This document shows, in pieces, positions 35,175-45,486 of a stretch of 48,852 bases of DNA (its first letter is position 1; each line of letters starts with the position of its first letter). Position numbers and translations under genes: made by a program. Below the pieces are notes generated by a model. That model did no database searches. It worked only from the letters and a program-made list of their open reading frames with translations, and was not told the DNA's origin. Source of the stretch: Candidatus Poribacteria bacterium (GTDB lineage Bacteria > Poribacteria > WGA-4E > GCA-2687025); contig JAQBWJ010000001.1 of assembly GCA_027625215.1 (NCBI GenBank), positions 1 through 48,852 on the forward strand, given 5' to 3'.

Positions 35175-38100
35175 TCGTGCGCAGCGCTCGGGAGGCTGCC
35201 TGAATATGGCGCCGCTTCTTCGGGCACAATTCCGTCTACGCGGATGACGACATCGTCGTAAAACCCCAAATCACCAAATAAATCGAGAACGGTCGAGTCC
35301 AACGGCAAATCCTCCCAGCACAAGATGTAGGAATCAACCGCGTTCGAATCTTCTAAGCGAATCGGAAAGGCGATCAAATGGATCTCGCCATTGTTCGCGT
35401 CAGTCTCGCTTCTCCAAATATGCTCGCGGCCCTGATACCGGACGCGAATGTAGAATCCGAACGATCCGTCATTAGGATGGAATTCAATGGCAGAGGAGGC
35501 ATCGGCGACCGATTCAAAGAGCTGATGGTCCTCGCCGCCTTGATACCATCCCACGGCGATGTCCGCTGCAGTCTGTTTGAATACAACTGATACGGACGGC
35601 GCGGACGGCGCTCGGAACATTCCCGCAACGACCGGATCCGAGAGCGTTTCAGCAGGAAAACCCGACCGCGCAAGACCGCTGCGCGCGTTTTTCAGGAAAA
35701 CTTGCGGAGGCTTCCCTCGATGCGTTCTGTGCGTGGGATACGGAGTCCACCACAATTTGCCGGTGGGTCCAAGCGACTGCAAACGCTCCACGTCAAATCC
35801 GTAGACCACCTCCGCAGGTTTGTATCCTTCGATGCCGGACTTACGCTGAGCATAAAGAACCGCGGGATCCCCAACCGATTGACCGAATGCCGTTGAACCG
35901 GGCGGCGCAATACGCACGCTGCCCTCAAACCCATCCAATGCCCACTGAATCTGACCTGTTTGCTTGTCAATCGCATACAACGGTCGTCCGGGAAGGTAAA
36001 TCGATCGATCTCCGACGGCCATGCTGTATCCATCGTCGCCTATGCTCCATCGATGCGAACCATCGAACGACCAGACGGGGTTATCAGACTTTTGATCAAA
36101 CGCAAGCAAGTAGTAGTCAACATGGACGTAGAGCATATCGTCGTCTACGGCGAATTCCGAAATCGGCTCACGGAAGTGATATGGTAGAGGGACGCGTCGC
36201 AGCACGGCCCCAGTCTCACGGTCAAGCGCCGTCAATGCCCCAGGTGCCCGAATAGGCGCTCGACGCCCGTCCTCCGGGTACGACCAATACAGTCCGCCTG
36301 AGAGCGCGTAGATCAACCCGTCGCGAAGCAATACTTGGTGGTGCAGGCTCTCAAAAGGAACCCGCCAATTCAGTTCGCCGGTTTCCTTCGAAACCGATAT
36401 CAATACGTCCGAGTCGATGATGAGGACATCCTCGACGTCGATATAGAGGGTCGTAAGAAACTCCGGAAGTCGCCAACTATCGCCGTCGTCGGAGACTACA
36501 GCGCCCCGCTTGAATAGGTGCGGCGTTTCCGGGTCGCTGAACCGCCATATCAGGTTTCCGGTCGTCTTATCGATGACGTACAGAACGCCGCCGGCTCCCC
36601 AATAAACCTCGTCTCGAATCTCAAGCTCCGGTAGGCCAATGCCGAGCGGCGTCGGCGTGGCCGGTTCGCCTTTGAACAGCCAAATCGCCTTGTGGGACGC
36701 TCGGTCAAACGCGCCCAAACTCGGCGCGGATCGTTCATTGACCGCAGCCCTGTCATAGAACGCGACATATACCGGTTCGCCTCGCGGAGGAAACGCGCCG
36801 TCCGTCCTATAACCATAAAAGCTCACAAACGCCTCGCCCAGAGCCCGAGGATCTGACGATTCGTCCTTCCACCAGCCATGTTCGGCCATCAAATCTGATC
36901 CCTCGCGCATGTACAGCGAGTCTCCGATGAAGGTGAGAGGAAAGCTGCCCCACGGTCCATTGGGCCGTGCCCATGCATCCTCCGTGCGCACTGCCGGTAG
37001 AAGTTCGTCAAGGGATCGCGCGTCAGTAGAGGACCAATAGCTCAACGCCTGTTCATCGTGAAGCTGACGCCTGATCGAACTCGGAGTCGATTCGTACGGA
37101 GAGTTCACAAGGAATTGGTGCCGCGCCTCAATTGCCTGCGCCATATCGCCGCGCGCGGCGTACGCTCGCATCAATAGCCAATCAATCTGCCGAAGGTCGG
37201 CCCCTTGCGCTCGCGCGTCGGACAGAACGGCGATGGCATCCTCGTTGCGCCCGAGGCCAACAAGGGCTGATCCGATGCCTGCCAACACATCGCGCGCTGG
37301 GACTTGTCCCGGCAACACCACGTATGAAGAACGGAGCGAATGAACGCTGCGAGCCCCATAGAGACCTTCAACGACCACGTACGCATGGTCGTCATCGAGA
37401 AGTAATTCTGCTATTCCGCCCGGAGAAGAATGGCGCCACAATTCTTCGCCTGTCCGGCCGCTTCTCGCCGCTAATATGCCTGGGTTGTCCTGATTATCCG
37501 GTTGCGGTTGCTCGAACGTGAAGAACATTCCGACATCGCGAGGCTGCGCCGTAGGGACGATGAGGGTCTTCCGCATGTCGGACCAAAGAAGCTCATTCGA
37601 CTCGATTGATCGGCTCTCCAAGCTACGGGCGATCCAATCCTGTGAACAGATACTATCCTGAGTGACGACCGCGTTAGCGTCGGCGTGCGCAAGGATTTGG
37701 CCATCATGTAGACCTAAGACATATGTTCGACTGTCATAGTACGGAAGTAAGTACGTGACAACGAAGCGGTCGTCGACAACTTCCATGCGCACGACACTGC
37801 CCTCCATAGGAAAGTCGTAATGCCACCTCACTCCCCCGTCCGGCTTTTCTAACGCACAGACTGACCCCGGCGAACCTGCGACGCCTACGAACACGGCGTC
37901 CCTATTCGCGAGCAGAACCGGGTGAAAGACCGCCAAGCCTGGCGGGTCGAGCGATTCCGCTATCTCGATGCGCTTAACTTGCCTGGCCCGAAGGATCTCC
38001 ACGCTCCTTGTAGCCGTCGGCTGTTCAGCAGTGGCGAGTTGGACGAACTCCTTCGTCGAACGCAGCGGCGCTCCGTCGATCGACTGCAACACATCATAAG

Positions 38101-39865
38101 TAACGATTTGTTTATTGGTCGAGTTGCCAAAGACAAGCAATCCGCGCGTCGCCATCTCCTCTTCGTCCCGGAACGAATCTAAGGCGGCCTCCGCTAAATT
38201 AAGTTCTCTGTCGCTCAGGACATCGCGGGCATGATTAACCCGGCGCTCGTAGTCCGATCCCTGTTTCTTAATGGACTCTAGCTCAACAGGCAACAGGTCA
38301 CACCATGGCGCTTTGAGACTCATTACGCCGCCAAGCGGGCGCCGCCATCGTTCTTCTCCCGAATCGGACTCCAGAGCCAATAGCTGATCGCGCGACGCCA
38401 CGTAGACCAATTCTTCGTCCGCGGCAAATCCGCCAGTACCCAACAACCCGGAGTCCGTCTTCCAGAGCGCCGAGCCAGAGGCCAGATCGAACACTTTCAC
38501 GATGCCATCGTCAAACTTAACACTGCACCGACCCGCCGAGACGCTCATCGTCGGCCACGTGTCGGTAGACCACGGGCTTTGCGCGTCGTGGCGATGCGTC
38601 CATAGCTCGTCTCCCGTCCCAATGTCCAACGCCGCGATTCGATGATTGTCCACGCTAATCACGATCGTGCCGCCCGACCCGCCGAATGGTCGAACTTGCT
38701 GACCAGGCCCGGCTCCGAAGGTTGAATCCTCCTCGAACTCTCGTTGAACCGGATCCGTGATATATGTCCAGCGAGTCGAGCCAAGACGATTGTCGATCGC
38801 TGTAACACGAAAGACGTAGCCTTCAGGCGACAGACTCCAGACCGGGATGAACATCATCCCGCCGTACAAAAACACGTCGTAAGCTCGGTTGATCCAATCA
38901 TTCTTGATTTCGATTTGCCAATTGAGCAGACTCGGCGGCCGCGCCTTCTCTTGATACTCCTCAAACAGCGCCAACGCGCTTTCGTAATCCTCCGCGACGA
39001 GACTGTACTGCGCTTCGGTGAACAGTCTCGCGTTGAACTCCTGTTCGCGTATCCGTCGGCTTTCGTCCCGTCGCCGTCGCGCCTCGGCGCGAATCGCCGT
39101 CTTTTGCGCGTCGTCAGCAACGTCCTTCTGCCGCCGAAGCGCCTCGATCAGGCTCAATTCTGCAGCTTGATAATACGCGCCGCTCAATGTCTCCAACGCC
39201 TTGTCATAGAGCGACTTTGCGCGTTCGTAATCGCCTTGGTATAACGACTGCTGGCCAAGATTGAAATACTTGTCGGCGACGAGCGACGTTGTCTCTTTCA
39301 AGCTCAACTGTTCGATCTCTGCTGCTGACGGGTCGATGCCCATTGACCGCAACAACGCCAACGCCAGTTCGGTTTCCAGATCGAACAGCTCTCTCACTTC
39401 GCCCTGAACGCTATTCGCATTCATAATCTCGCCGGTTTCAACATCGACGGTTCGCACGTTCGCGGTAATCCGCGTCCCGAGATCGTCGCCGGATCCCGTA
39501 AGACTGACGCTGCCCAAGATGAGTCGCTGACAACCGATGTAGGAGCCGATTTCTTGGTGTTCCTCTACGGTCATCTCGTCGAGAGAGTCCCGCGCGATGC
39601 CGCGCGCGCGCAACAAGTCGTTTAGCCGAACCCGTTCAACGACGGTCATTCTCTCGGAGAGCTGCGCCAGCTTTGATGCCATGCTCTCCGAAAAGCTCAT
39701 CGCGACCCATGCGTCGTCGGGATATGCCGAGAGGTGGTTTAGCGTCGTGACCGCGACGACCGGCAGCTCAGGCGAGGAGTTTTCATCCGATGCGTCCTGC
39801 TGCGCCAAGGCGACAACGGCCAACATGTGAAGGATCACTGTGATCGTCACACGCGCTTTGCTCAC
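35171..39865 (-). CDS. 1564-aa secreted protein: CsgG-like module, TPR, multiple PQQ/BamB-like beta-propeller repeats
   Basis: Signal peptide (LAVVALAQQ). Also has VVERVRLNDLLRARG...RLILGSV and YFNLGQQSLYQGDYERAKSLYDKALE. The recurring motif TG(D/E)xxW is seen as GDELWTH, GSALWKT, GEERWRR, GVRWHYD, GEELWRH, GNLIWRF, GELNWRV and GQIQWAL. Confidence 0.85.
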   Translation of the reverse strand: MSKARVTITVILHMLAVVALAQQDASDENSSPELPVVAVTTLNHLSAYPDDAWVAMSFSESMASKLAQLSERMTVVERVRLNDLLRARGIARDSLDEMTVEEHQEIGSYIGCQRLILGSVSLTGSGDDLGTRITANVRTVDVETGEIMNANSVQGEVRELFDLETELALALLRSMGIDPSAAEIEQLSLKETTSLVADKYFNLGQQSLYQGDYERAKSLYDKALETLSGAYYQAAELSLIEALRRQKDVADDAQKTAIRAEARRRRDESRRIREQEFNARLFTEAQYSLVAEDYESALALFEEYQEKARPPSLLNWQIEIKNDWINRAYDVFLYGGMMFIPVWSLSPEGYVFRVTAIDNRLGSTRWTYITDPVQREFEEDSTFGAGPGQQVRPFGGSGGTIVISVDNHRIAALDIGTGDELWTHRHDAQSPWSTDTWPTMSVSAGRCSVKFDDGIVKVFDLASGSALWKTDSGLLGTGGFAADEELVYVASRDQLLALESDSGEERWRRPLGGVMSLKAPWCDLLPVELESIKKQGSDYERRVNHARDVLSDRELNLAEAALDSFRDEEEMATRGLLVFGNSTNKQIVTYDVLQSIDGAPLRSTKEFVQLATAEQPTATRSVEILRARQVKRIEIAESLDPPGLAVFHPVLLANRDAVFVGVAGSPGSVCALEKPDGGVRWHYDFPMEGSVVRMEVVDDRFVVTYLLPYYDSRTYVLGLHDGQILAHADANAVVTQDSICSQDWIARSLESRSIESNELLWSDMRKTLIVPTAQPRDVGMFFTFEQPQPDNQDNPGILAARSGRTGEELWRHSSPGGIAELLLDDDHAYVVVEGLYGARSVHSLRSSYVVLPGQVPARDVLAGIGSALVGLGRNEDAIAVLSDARAQGADLRQIDWLLMRAYAARGDMAQAIEARHQFLVNSPYESTPSSIRRQLHDEQALSYWSSTDARSLDELLPAVRTEDAWARPNGPWGSFPLTFIGDSLYMREGSDLMAEHGWWKDESSDPRALGEAFVSFYGYRTDGAFPPRGEPVYVAFYDRAAVNERSAPSLGAFDRASHKAIWLFKGEPATPTPLGIGLPELEIRDEVYWGAGGVLYVIDKTTGNLIWRFSDPETPHLFKRGAVVSDDGDSWRLPEFLTTLYIDVEDVLIIDSDVLISVSKETGELNWRVPFESLHHQVLLRDGLIYALSGGLYWSYPEDGRRAPIRAPGALTALDRETGAVLRRVPLPYHFREPISEFAVDDDMLYVHVDYYLLAFDQKSDNPVWSFDGSHRWSIGDDGYSMAVGDRSIYLPGRPLYAIDKQTGQIQWALDGFEGSVRIAPPGSTAFGQSVGDPAVLYAQRKSGIEGYKPAEVVYGFDVERLQSLGPTGKLWWTPYPTHRTHRGKPPQVFLKNARSGLARSGFPAETLSDPVVAGMFRAPSAPSVSVVFKQTAADIAVGWYQGGEDHQLFESVADASSAIEFHPNDGSFGFYIRVRYQGREHIWRSETDANNGEIHLIAFPIRLEDSNAVDSYILCWEDLPLDSTVLDLFGDLGFYDDVVIRVDGIVPEEAAPYSGSLPSAAHE

Positions 39866-39922
39866 GAGCGGACCTCCCTATCCATCTGCGTTGACAGGCG
39901 TTCACGTAGACCGCCCACGACT

Positions 39923-40432
39923 TCATGCCCGCGCCATACAGTGTCGGCCGCGTCTCGCCTTCGGGAAGCGCGCCCCGATCCTGTCCCCGCAACACGGACA
40001 CCGCTTGATCTCGGCGCGATGCTCCGTGACCTCCATCCGAACCGGCGGAAGGTCGAACACCTGGCGACGTTCGATCCGGTCCGGTTCCACGTTGGTCAAA
40101 TCCCGCTCACACCGAGGACAGGTCGCCGCCCGATGCGTCTCGATGCGGTCCGGCGTCTCGACCATCCGCAACGTATGTCCCTTGTGACCGGGCTGTCCGC
40201 CGCTCTTCCGCTTGCCGCGAGGACGCAGACTCTTCGGAGCGGGTTTGCCGTACCCGTCGCTGCTGGGAGGCTTCCCGCTGTTCCGGCTGTTCTTCGCGAG
40301 TTGATCGCGCAACGCCCGATTCTCCGCTTCCAACGCGGCGATCCGTTCTTGCAGAGACAGGATGACCTCGATCAGCCGTTCGAGGTTCAAAGCCGCGAGT
40401 TGGTCGCGAGTCCATGTCGGCGACGATTCCAT
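39923..40432 (-). pseudogene. IS66-family transposase, N-terminal fragment only
   Basis: Leucine-zipper region, then GKPPSSDGYGKP...GGQPGHKGHTL...CPRC...CPCCG (IS66 Zn-finger region). It stops after about 165 aa, so the DDE domain is absent. Confidence 0.75.
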
Positions 40433-40441
40433 GACGACAGG

Positions 40442-41304
40442 CTACACCATCCCGAAGCGCCAACCAACCCTAGCGCGAGGCTGAGTAGATGATATGGAAT
40501 GACCGGCTCCCGGAGATGTCGGCTGTTGAACGACACGAGCTAAGAACCAGGACCGAACATCATCTACCGATGACTGTTGGCGTGCTCCAACAAGCTGCAC
40601 GAGGAAATTGCGGGTATCGCGAATCTGGAACCCCCAACTTCCATGAGCCCCGATGCTCACTGGAACGCTGAATGCTGGATCAGGTATTTGAATTTGGATT
40701 CTGTTAGGTGTACCCCATCGAAGGTCCCGCTTGACAATCTTATTTACAAACCAAACCGTAACTACTCAGCCGGGGTCGAAAAGGGTCGGAATTGAGCATT
40801 GACGGGGGTCGCAACTCTTTTGATCCGCATCGTTCGGTGCGATGTAGGACAGTTCCTTTCCCTTGCAGGGAAGGTTAGGAAGGGGTCGAAAAGACCACCA
40901 CGACAACGTTTGCGCCGATCCGCCGTGAGTTCCATCTGTTACGCGACGAATTCGCATCACGATTCTGTCTCGTCGTAAACCCGCATGACTACTGCGTTCT
41001 CGATGCCTGAGTAGTTACACCAAACCTCTGCCGGTACAGGAGTTTCTCCATTAAAAATAAAGCGAAGGATAGCGTCCCAACCGAAGATATTCTGAGTGGT
41101 CAGTGTATGGCGTCCAGGACCGTAGGTCCCCAGAGCTCGTCCATCTCGTACAAGTAACGCCTGCTGGCTCTGATGCACGATGAGCTGACTGATGAACCGG
41201 ATATCAGATATCGGATGTTTCCAAACGAGGTCGCCGTCTGAGGCAGGCTCCCACTGAATTACATCAGCTATTCTCATTTTGAACTCTTTACTGTTGGTAA
41301 CCAA
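40442..41304 (-). pseudogene. SPFH/Band-7-like (virion-core-like family) gene, split by a MITE and 3'-truncated
   Basis: N-terminal fragment is track ORF 40957..41304 (IADVIQWEP...LVWKHP...SQLIVHQSQQALLVRDG...GPGRHTLTT...PAEVW). The continuation is track ORF 40442..40660 (GSWGFQIRDTRNFLVQLVG...). Confidence 0.75.
40758..41018. mobile_element. 261-bp MITE with 12-bp perfect terminal inverted repeats and 8-bp target duplication
   Basis: GTAACTACTCAG at 40758-40769 and its reverse complement at 41007-41018. Flanked by ACCAAACC at 40750-40757 and 41019-41026. No ORF inside. Confidence 0.9.
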
Positions 41305-41356
41305 TCTTCATTTGCTGTTCTTCCTGAGCGGGCATCATTGACGTTGTGGTGCTGTT

Positions 41357-42232
41357 TCAACCGATCCGATATGCGTTCGGATCGCTCATCTCTGCGGACT
41401 TCCAGATTTCTGCAAAGATTGTCTCCGGCGCAATCCGCTCCATGTTTGTCAACCAGATAAACCGCCGTTCCCGCAGATTCAGTTCGCTCGCGGCGGCGCG
41501 CATGTTCTCGACGCGGGTCTCGCTCGTCGTCACGAACAGCACGCGGAACCCCTTGAACGGTTCGCACTTGAAGTCGTCCGCGTACCGCTGGTAGCCCTCC
41601 TCGATGAAGTAGCGGTAGTAGAACCCGACGGCGCGGAGGAACCCCTTCTCCGGGTTCGTCAGCACCTCCGTCCCCCGGTCGATCTCGACGAAGAACAGGG
41701 CGCGCCCGTCACCCTTCCGCAGCGCGAACACCGCGTCGGGCGTGTACCCGATCCGCCGCTCCGGGTCGTGGATGTCGCAGACGAAATCGCGGATGTATTT
41801 CGTCCAGCCGCCCTGCGCCGTCTTCTCGCCGTGATGCTCCGGGATGAAGCCGAGCAGTCCGAGGTCGTCGCGCGTTTCCAACGCCTGCGTCAGCGTGATG
41901 CGGAAGTCGTTCAGGGCGATGAAATGCTTGAGGAAGTAGTAGTCCTTCGGCGCATGAGAGACCCGCTGCGCCCGCAGTTCATCGGTCGGACACTGAAGGG
42001 TCTGCGCGACGAGATCGATCCCGCGTGGCGTCAGATAGAAGACGCGATCCTCGACGCCCGGCGACTGATAGCCCTTCAGATAGTCGTGCTCAATCAAGAC
42101 GCGGAGCCGGCGATTCGCCGTCTGCCGGGAGGGGAACCGGAGTCGCTCGACCTGCGCTGTCGTCAGATAGCGGTGTTTGTACAGGTCGAGGACGACGCCG
42201 ATGTCCCGATCCGTGATGAGCGGTTCCCGCAT
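41357..42232 (-). CDS. Replication-relaxation family protein
   Basis: DRDIGVVLDLYKHRYLTTAQVERLRFPSRQTANRRLRVLIEHDYL is the Replication-relaxation N-terminal pattern. Lies 22 nt downstream of the coupling-ATPase gene. Confidence 0.75.
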   Translation of the reverse strand: MREPLITDRDIGVVLDLYKHRYLTTAQVERLRFPSRQTANRRLRVLIEHDYLKGYQSPGVEDRVFYLTPRGIDLVAQTLQCPTDELRAQRVSHAPKDYYFLKHFIALNDFRITLTQALETRDDLGLLGFIPEHHGEKTAQGGWTKYIRDFVCDIHDPERRIGYTPDAVFALRKGDGRALFFVEIDRGTEVLTNPEKGFLRAVGFYYRYFIEEGYQRYADDFKCEPFKGFRVLFVTTSETRVENMRAAASELNLRERRFIWLTNMERIAPETIFAEIWKSAEMSDPNAYRIG

Positions 42233-42254
42233 CGCTTCCTCCTTACCCTGTCAT

Positions 42255-43945
42255 TCAGGCGTCGAACGGGTCGCCCGGATCGAACCCGTCCAGCGGCGTC
42301 CGTTCCTGCTCTTGGGCGTCCTCATGCGACTTCTGCGAACGTGCGCGGGAAGACGCCGCCGCGACGCCGGAGTCGAACCGCTCCCGTCGCGCCGGCTCCG
42401 CCACTTCCATCGGCTCGACACCGTAGTTCTGCCGGGAACGTTCGATGATCGTTTTCGCGCGGGCGTGGTCGGGGTACTGGTCGGCGAGATAGGTGTTCAT
42501 TCGCACCGTCGAGTTGCCGATCTTGCAGAACGCCTCCCCGACGCGGAGATGGACGAGTTCGTCCGCCGCGACGTGTTTCAGTTCGCCCTCGCGCCGGATG
42601 AGAAACTCTTTGGAGAGACGGGTCGCGTCGTCGTGCGAGACGACGAAGCCGACGACGCAGGCGACGTTGCCGAGAATCTCGCGGACGAGGTTCAGCGGAA
42701 TCTGGCTCGTCGTCTGATGCGCGAGGACGAGTCCGAGTTTGTACTTGCGGGCGCGGCTGAGCATCTTCTCGTACGAGGCGGTCGCCACGTCCGTGAAGGT
42801 CTGAAACTCGTCGACGTAGAGCCAGAAGTTGCGCCGCTGACGCATCGGCGTGTCGGCGCGGCTTGCGGTCGCCAGTTGGAACTTCGAAACGACGAGTTGC
42901 CCAGGATGCTGCAGTTCGTCTCGCCGAGAATGCCGTCCGAGAAGTTGAACAGCATGATCTTGCCGGCGTCCATCGCCTTGCGGAAGTCGAAGGAGGGCGT
43001 CGGCTGGCAGAGGACGTTGCGGATCGTCTTGGGACGGAGGAACCGTCCGAGCCGGTTGACGATGGGCAGGTGGGCGTCCTTGGGGAAGCGCGGGTACACG
43101 TCGCGGAAGAACCGTTCCGTGTCCGGGTCGCGCGTCTCGCGGATGACGATCTCCCGAAACAAACCGTCGTCCGGGTCAAGCAGTCGCGGCACATCCAATA
43201 AGGTTGATCCGGGTCGTTCTAAGAGGGCGTAGACGGCGTGACGGAGGATCTCGTTCATGCGGTGTCCGCCTTCACCCATGATCCGCTGAAAGATCGTCAG
43301 CAGTTCGTCGGCGCGCAGATCGATGTCTTCGCCGTCTTCGAGATGGAGCGGGTTGAAGCAGACAGGTCGCTCCGTGTCGGCGGGGTTGAAGTAGATGACG
43401 TCGTCGATTCGGTGATCGGGGATGTAGGGCAGCACCTCCTCAGTCAGCATCTCCTGCTCCGGCGCGATGACGCCGATGCCGTCGCCGCGCTCCACGTCCT
43501 GCTCGATGAGCGTGCGGAGGAAGTTCGTTTTGCCCGAACCCGTTTTGCCGATCACGTAGACGTGTCGCTCGCGGAACGGCTGCGCCAACGAGACATCGAA
43601 CCGCGCCCCGTCTCCGAGCGGTTGGTAGCCCAGCACGACCGCGTTATCCGTCTTCGCCTGTTCCGTCATCCACTCCAAAATCTCGTCCGCCGTCCAATCG
43701 TGTTCGACGAGTTCCAGCACCTCGTCGACACTGACGAACTGCTCAAACAGTTGCGGCTGCTGTTCGTAGAGTTCGTTGAGAATCCGCAGGCAGGCGTCCC
43801 GGCGGGACTGTTCCGAGAGCCACTCCTGTGTTTCCTCGCGCTTCGCCTGAAGGCGTCGTTTGTCTTCGGCGCGGCGGTAGATCATCACCAGGACGACCGC
43901 ACCGATCACGAGAAGGAACAGGACGATTCCAGCCGAATCTTCCAT
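42255..43945 (-). pseudogene. TraD/VirD4-like coupling ATPase with N-terminal TM helix, split by a 1-nt frameshift near 42900
   Basis: Track ORFs 42692..43945 (IVLFLLVIGAVVLVMIY, GKTGSGKT) and 42255..42845 (FWLYVDEFQTF, LVLAHQTTSQ). The frame switch falls at ...CSILG/QLVVSKFQLATASRAD..., colinear with paralog 4817..5983. Confidence 0.8.
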
Positions 43946-44084
43946 CGCCTCATCCCTATAATGAGGATGTAATCCTAAGGCATAACAAGACTATATCAAC
44001 CCCATATTTGAACGGGTTACAGTCGAATCGGCGCGAACCCCGACGACGACTGCGATCTACGCTCGATCCTGCGCGGAGTTGTAT

Positions 44085-44169
44085 ATCTTCTTCTGTTAAT
44101 CTCTACATTCCATCGTCGGACTGGCTGCGCCATCCGACTTGGTCGACGGGTGCGACCGCCGAACCTCGC
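44085..44169. repeat. Direct repeat copy B of the 85-nt block
   Basis: See 1-85. Lies in the divergent intergenic region between the coupling-ATPase/relaxation operon (-) and TPR-like paralog B (+). Confidence 0.9.
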
Positions 44170-44220
44170 CCCCTGAAACCGGCGCGTTCACGTTGACTTG
44201 ATCGACAGGAGCAACTTTCC

Positions 44221-44253
44221 GATTGACGCAAAGTGTAAGAAATGTTAGAGGAG
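44221..44253 (+). promoter_or_regulatory. Conserved 33-nt promoter-like block, copy B
   Basis: Identical to 136-168. Confidence 0.35.
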
Positions 44254-44315
44254 CGTTCAACCGGATTGATTGATGTGTGGTCGGGAAAAGTGAATCGACG
44301 ATAAGGAGGTCGTGA

Positions 44316-44951
44316 ATGGCTGGTTCCGAATTCAATCTGCGGGTCGCGTTAGGCTTGGTCGTCAGCGTTGAGGAAACCTACGAGAAAGTGTTCGCCGAGG
44401 TGCGTTCCAACATCCGGGAACGAGACGCCGAGATGGAACGCGCCGATTTCTGGTCGTGGATCAGCAAGTTCGTCAAGAGCTTCTTCTCCACGCATCGGGA
44501 GATGAAAGACATCCACTCGCTCCACGCGGACCTCGACCGCGCCGTCGCGATCTGCGATGCGGTGGACGCGAACGTCACGATTCCGAACCCCGAAAACCCC
44601 GACGTGAAACTCGGCGCGCCCTCCGTGAAGGCGATGGCGCTGTTTCAGAAGGGAATCCTCCTGCGGAATCAGGGCGATGTGCAGAACGCCATCGAACAGA
44701 TGAACCAGTCGCTGAGGGTGGAGCCGGATCAGGCGACGCTGTACAACATCGGACAGTTCTTCATCGACCTGCGGGAGCAGCGCGGCGGTCAGGACGGCGG
44801 GCTGGGTGCGACGGTCAAGAAGATGCTGACGTCGGGCGCAGAGCAGACGGACCAGGCGATCGATGCCTTCCGGCAGTGCGTCTCGATGAACTCGGAAAGC
44901 GAGATCGCCGTCAAAGCCGGGATGGAACTCGCGCGGTTGGAGCAGTTGTAG
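44316..44951 (+). CDS. Hypothetical helical (TPR-like) protein, paralog B
   Basis: AAGGAGG precedes the ATG. Paralog of 231..842. Confidence 0.8.
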   Translation: MAGSEFNLRVALGLVVSVEETYEKVFAEVRSNIRERDAEMERADFWSWISKFVKSFFSTHREMKDIHSLHADLDRAVAICDAVDANVTIPNPENPDVKLGAPSVKAMALFQKGILLRNQGDVQNAIEQMNQSLRVEPDQATLYNIGQFFIDLREQRGGQDGGLGATVKKMLTSGAEQTDQAIDAFRQCVSMNSESEIAVKAGMELARLEQL

Positions 44952-45105
44952 TCTGCGCGGACACTGCCCTGTGGAGAATGCTTCGCTGGGCACGGATGTG
45001 CGCTGAATGGGACGTGTTCACATGAGGTCGCCGAATTGACGGCGGGTTGCCCTGTGTTATGCTTGGGATGGATCATTACCGTGAATGTGGGAAAGGATTT
45101 TGACC

Positions 45106-45486
45106 ATGCAGACCGAACAGGCCGTCGATTCAAGCGGCGCACAGAAGGGGCGAATCCGCGTCAGAGTCGACGCGGACGTCAACATTGCCGCGCCCATCGC
45201 CCGCCGGCTCGTCAACGTCGAATTGATGAAGAAGATCGGGCAGATGGTGATGACAGGCGAACCGGAACTCCTCGTCGAGGGCGAACATGTCTACTGGAAG
45301 GTGCCGTTGCTCGTCGTGCCGCCGGAAGACGATCCAAACACCTATCCGACCGGACGATTCGCATACGTGGATGCGATCGCGGGTCGTTATGCGCTGACCA
45401 AGACGGAGAATGAAGCCTTGCGAAAGGCGGCGTATCCGATCTTGAAAGAGCTCTACCCAGAGCCGGAGGAGGGCATGGTCGAGTGA
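45106..45486 (+). CDS. Hypothetical protein coupled to the C39-like peptidase
   Basis: Start taken at M8 of track ORF 45085..45486 (GGAAAGGA upstream). Its stop overlaps the next start by 4 nt. Confidence 0.55.
   Translation: MQTEQAVDSSGAQKGRIRVRVDADVNIAAPIARRLVNVELMKKIGQMVMTGEPELLVEGEHVYWKVPLLVVPPEDDPNTYPTGRFAYVDAIAGRYALTKTENEALRKAAYPILKELYPEPEEGMVE

Noticed and set aside
1-44169. The 85-nt terminal match considered as a circular-assembly overlap artefact.
   Set aside because: The sequence diverges after 85 nt, and the downstream genes are only about 55-60% identical. These are two distinct loci.
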